A DNA stretch of 64,000 nucleotides from assembly GCA_030704615.1 (NCBI GenBank), contig CM060733.1, positions 19,902,001 to 19,966,000 of the forward strand, given 5' to 3'. Shown piece by piece: positions 60,796 to 64,000 of the stretch. Under the pieces are notes generated by a model, which saw nothing but the letters and a program-made list of their open reading frames with translations, was not told the DNA's origin and ran no database searches. Every line of letters begins with the position of its first letter. Positions within the stretch are counted from its first letter, which is position 1. Source of the DNA: Takakia lepidozioides (Eukaryota > Plantae > Bryophyta). The translations under genes and the position numbers were made by a program.

Positions 60796-61900
60796 CTGGA
60801 GGGAGCAATTCAGAGACCGATGGCGGCAACTCTGAAGCCGAGGGGGGAGCTGCATTGGGGGGCCGTAGGATCCACAAGAAAGGTTGCTCGCTAGCCTCAA
60901 GCCCCTGTGCCAGCTCAAGGATTTGTGGTCCTGTCAAATCTTCCTGGCTCACTTCCAAATGAAATGTACACAACTAAAGAAGGAACCTGTGTGTTTAACC
61001 ATAGCAAACATAGGTCACTCCGAGTTTCTTCTCCTTGTACAATGTCCAGATCGAACTTTTTGTGGCTTTGGAAGGCTTGCCATTCTGTCAGAAGCAACGG
61101 ACCAATGGGCAAAACAGATCGAGCCTGCACATAGCACCTGCAACTCAGAATAATAAACAAAGCAGCCTGTCCCCCCAGGCTGGAGCATCCAACATGAGAA
61201 GAGCGTGAACCTTTTGTTCCACATGTACCAAGCCATGTGACAACCGAACATTATGAAATGTTTTTGTTCTTAACCAACACAATATGGTGTTGCTCTCGAA
61301 CTTCTTGGAAGTGGTGATATTCAGTCATCTCTAGGCAGTCCTAACAATGTCAACTCGAGAGGATATCAAATAATTCCTGGCAATCTCTTTTGGAGAGACA
61401 CCCCTGCATCTGAGAGCTTGCTGCCGGCAGATCGACACCCTCACTGGGAGTTGGTCTAGTGTATCCAGGGAGTTTGGGAATATTTGATGCCTCTGAAACC
61501 GGCCACCAATGACCTAAGCCATAACTCAATCCAGCGGACAAGGGCGGCTTCAAATGCACTAATGATCAGGATTTGTGAATAAGGGGAGGGGTTATATCAT
61601 TGCCCTTATTTTAACAGTCTTGTTTCTTTTAGAGAGATGATCTTGGGAAATTCATGTATGTGATGCCACGGCGCATTGCAGCCAAACCTGATTGGCCAAT
61701 GTGGCAATGTTTGGCCACAATCATCAGACTTTCGGCAGGGGTAGCGTCGTCACCATCACCCTTACTTCTGAAAGAGCAAGTGCTGAGAGAGGGAATCAAC
61801 AGGAACTCTTCGAACAGTTGTGGGACATTATGTAGGTTAAGATAACTGAAAGAGTCGTCACATAGTTTGAACCAACGGAGCGTCGGCTGGGTGGACTCCA
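60796..61900 (-). pseudogene. UDP-glycosyltransferase remnant
   Basis: PIGPLL, CLLWLNTQVPSLVVYISFGS and QILELAQGLEASEQPFLWILRPP..ELLPPG, with frameshifts. No intact PSPG box seen. The 5' boundary is uncertain. Confidence 0.7.
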
Positions 61901-61994
61901 TTATGTCTCTCTTGCATGAGTGTCTTTCAAGAGGAAGGACCAGCTAGCTGGAAAGAAGAACACCCACATTATTGAAACTGAACTCAAGCCAAAC

Positions 61995-62665
61995 ATCTGT
62001 CTAGTGAATATGTGCAAAGTGGGGGAATGTGGCATATGCACGTCGAGTGTTTGACAAACTGCGTGAATGAAATTTCTCTACATGGAATATTATGGTAGGA
62101 CATCATCAAAAGCCGGGATTCTCCCAGATCTTATTCTGGAGACTGCCCTTGTTGGCATGCTGGCAGCACGAATGATGCGCAACAAGTGTTCGACAGCATG
62201 GCCCAACGAAATGGGGTCATGAGGAATGTCATGATTGCAGATGATTGCTACAAATGTTTGCAGTCGGGAGAAGTAGCTAGGAAGCAAACAGGGTTTTGTC
62301 CAACACATTCTTCCACTGCTTCTGCCAGCCTAGGAGCCCTGGAAAATGTCAAAGAGCAAAGTGTTTGACGATTATCGTTCAACAAAATGTGGTCTCAAGG
62401 ACTGGTACGATTGGAGGATATCCCCCTGAGATTGGGCTTGGTAGGGAGGCTTTGGATTTGTATGAACAGATATGCAACAATTGTGAGACCCAATTTAGGG
62501 TAACGTACATTTGTAGTTCGCAGTCCTAGAAGGGGAATGATGTCCATGCCAAAATCATTAAAGCTCGAATTGCTTCAAATCAATTTGGACAACACTCTTG
62601 TTGGATGTGCGACAAATGTGGGAGCGTGAAGGGTGTCAAGCATTTGACAGTACGCTTGAACGAGC
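61995..62665 (+). pseudogene. PLS-type PPR gene remnant
   Basis: Decayed LVNMYAKCG..ARRVFDK-like, QVFDSMAQRN, QNVVS.TGTIGGY..GLGREALDLYEQ and KCGSVK fragments. Confidence 0.65.
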
Positions 62666-63538
62666 ACGGAATAAATCAGGCCACGTACACACTACAGCTC
62701 TGAAACGTGGCAGCGGCAGCGCGCCATGTCAGGGACGCTAACGGCCGCGACCTGTGATAACCGGTTACCATAGCCCACACTTGCCGATATATGGAAGCCC
62801 ACATGTGTGAACCGGCTGTGACCAGTGGAGGAGTGACACACAGCTGCCCTGCTCCCTGCTGCTGGAGGGTATATAACGGCTAGAGCCGCCATCAACTGCA
62901 GCACACCACACTCTTCCTGTACTAGTGCTTTCTGTCTGTAGAAGTGTATCTGTGTTTGTACAGGTGCGGGCCTCTTGATCGAGTTTGGTGTTAAGTTTGA
63001 GGTGAGGACTGCATTTGTGCATGTCAGCTACTTGACCTCTCAGAGTGCTTCGAATGTCTTGGCCAGACGTAAAGTAGGTAGGTGTCAGCAGTTTTAGTTG
63101 TGAGCCGAACGAGCTGTAACAGTTAGTATGGGTCGGGTACATTATGTATGCGAGAACTGAGAGCCAGGAAGAGGGTAGCTTGAAGCGACCTTCACATTTG
63201 CAAACTTTAGTTTATGAAAATTGGATATCTTGTGCCGGCCATACTTTTCGTGGATTGATAGAGAAAAAACCTGATGGGTATTTCCAATCCGGAAAAGATG
63301 GTTCAAACAGATGAGTGGTAGTGTTCAAGTGTCTGTTATCTGCGTTTAAAAGTGTACTTCCAAAAATGGTTGTTAATTCCTGGCTGCTGTTGATCGAAGA
63401 TCAACAGCTACATTTTTCGTCCACGCCTGTTTTCTCGCATTGACTCACTACATTAAATGATTGTATCGTCTTTTTTTATTATACGTTTGATCGCCAGACG
63501 AATTTCATGTGCAGGGAAAGAGCAGCTAAGTGAAGACA

Positions 63539-64000
63539 ATGTCGTCTTAATCGGAGAGGAGCGAGCTCGATGCCAGAGCTCACGCCGGTGAAACTGTGGT
63601 GGAGGGAGGTACCGGTGGTCTGAGTGTGTACGCCCAGGAGCGCTTGGCTGAGAGTATGAGCATTTCGTATAGGATTTATGTGCCATGAATTTGTTAACTG
63701 TAGTACTTAGTCTCATCCGCCGCTTGAAAGAATGTGATCGCGGAAGAGAGGAAATTGGAGCAAGTTTGTTCTGTGGTTTTCTTCTAGTGACCAGTATTCG
63801 TACTTTACTGTCGAGTGTTTGACATGCCATAGCACACTGCGTCTTGACGCTGTCTGTAAAAGCCTCAAAGATTTTATAATCTAATATTATCGTCTGAAGT
63901 GGAATGTTTACGCTTATTTGTTGGATATTGAATCTCTTAAATATGCAGGTCGTAGCAAGGGAGGAAAGACTCGATCTGAGCAGCTGGGGAAGGAAGGTTA
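63539..64000 (+). pseudogene. Second Em-like LEA copy with a nonsense codon at position 4; runs off the window
   Basis: ATG TCG TCT TAA, after which the frame matches copy 1. Exon 1 ends at 63653 and exon 2 starts at 63949. Confidence 0.85.

Overview
This is eukaryotic, intron-containing land-plant DNA. A bryophyte is my inference from the TE families and gene types. About 51 kb is a nested transposon pile, followed by about 13 kb of host genes. (1) Positions 1-8 kb hold a divergent gene pair, probably part of a DNA transposon: a Cys-rich GCM/WRKY-like ORF running off the left edge, and a spliced, lightly decayed gene fusing a ParB/Srx-like domain to a beta-class N4C/N6A DNA methyltransferase. 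Two introns of that gene carry 11 copies of a 24-bp palindrome. (2) A decayed Sola-like DNA transposase gene is split by a recent Ty3/Gypsy element (9786-33419, minus strand, 4-bp TSD). This element encodes a DNMT3-like C5 cytosine methyltransferase with all motifs intact and a PHD finger, and it carries an RPB2 fragment. It has no tRNA PBS but shows a 13-nt self-priming-type inverted repeat. Its ends are circularly permuted (split direct repeats). (3) An Athila-like Gypsy is nested inside it (10369-22215). (4) A chromovirus lacking RT (39686-45958) interrupts a region with three decayed FCP1/NIF phosphatase-like domains. (5) The remainder contains a TA-flanked MITE, an Em/LEA gene with an ABRE promoter, an intact CYP71-clan P450, UGT and PPR remnants, and a second Em copy with a nonsense codon. 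All calls come from manual reading and motif recognition; no database searches were run.
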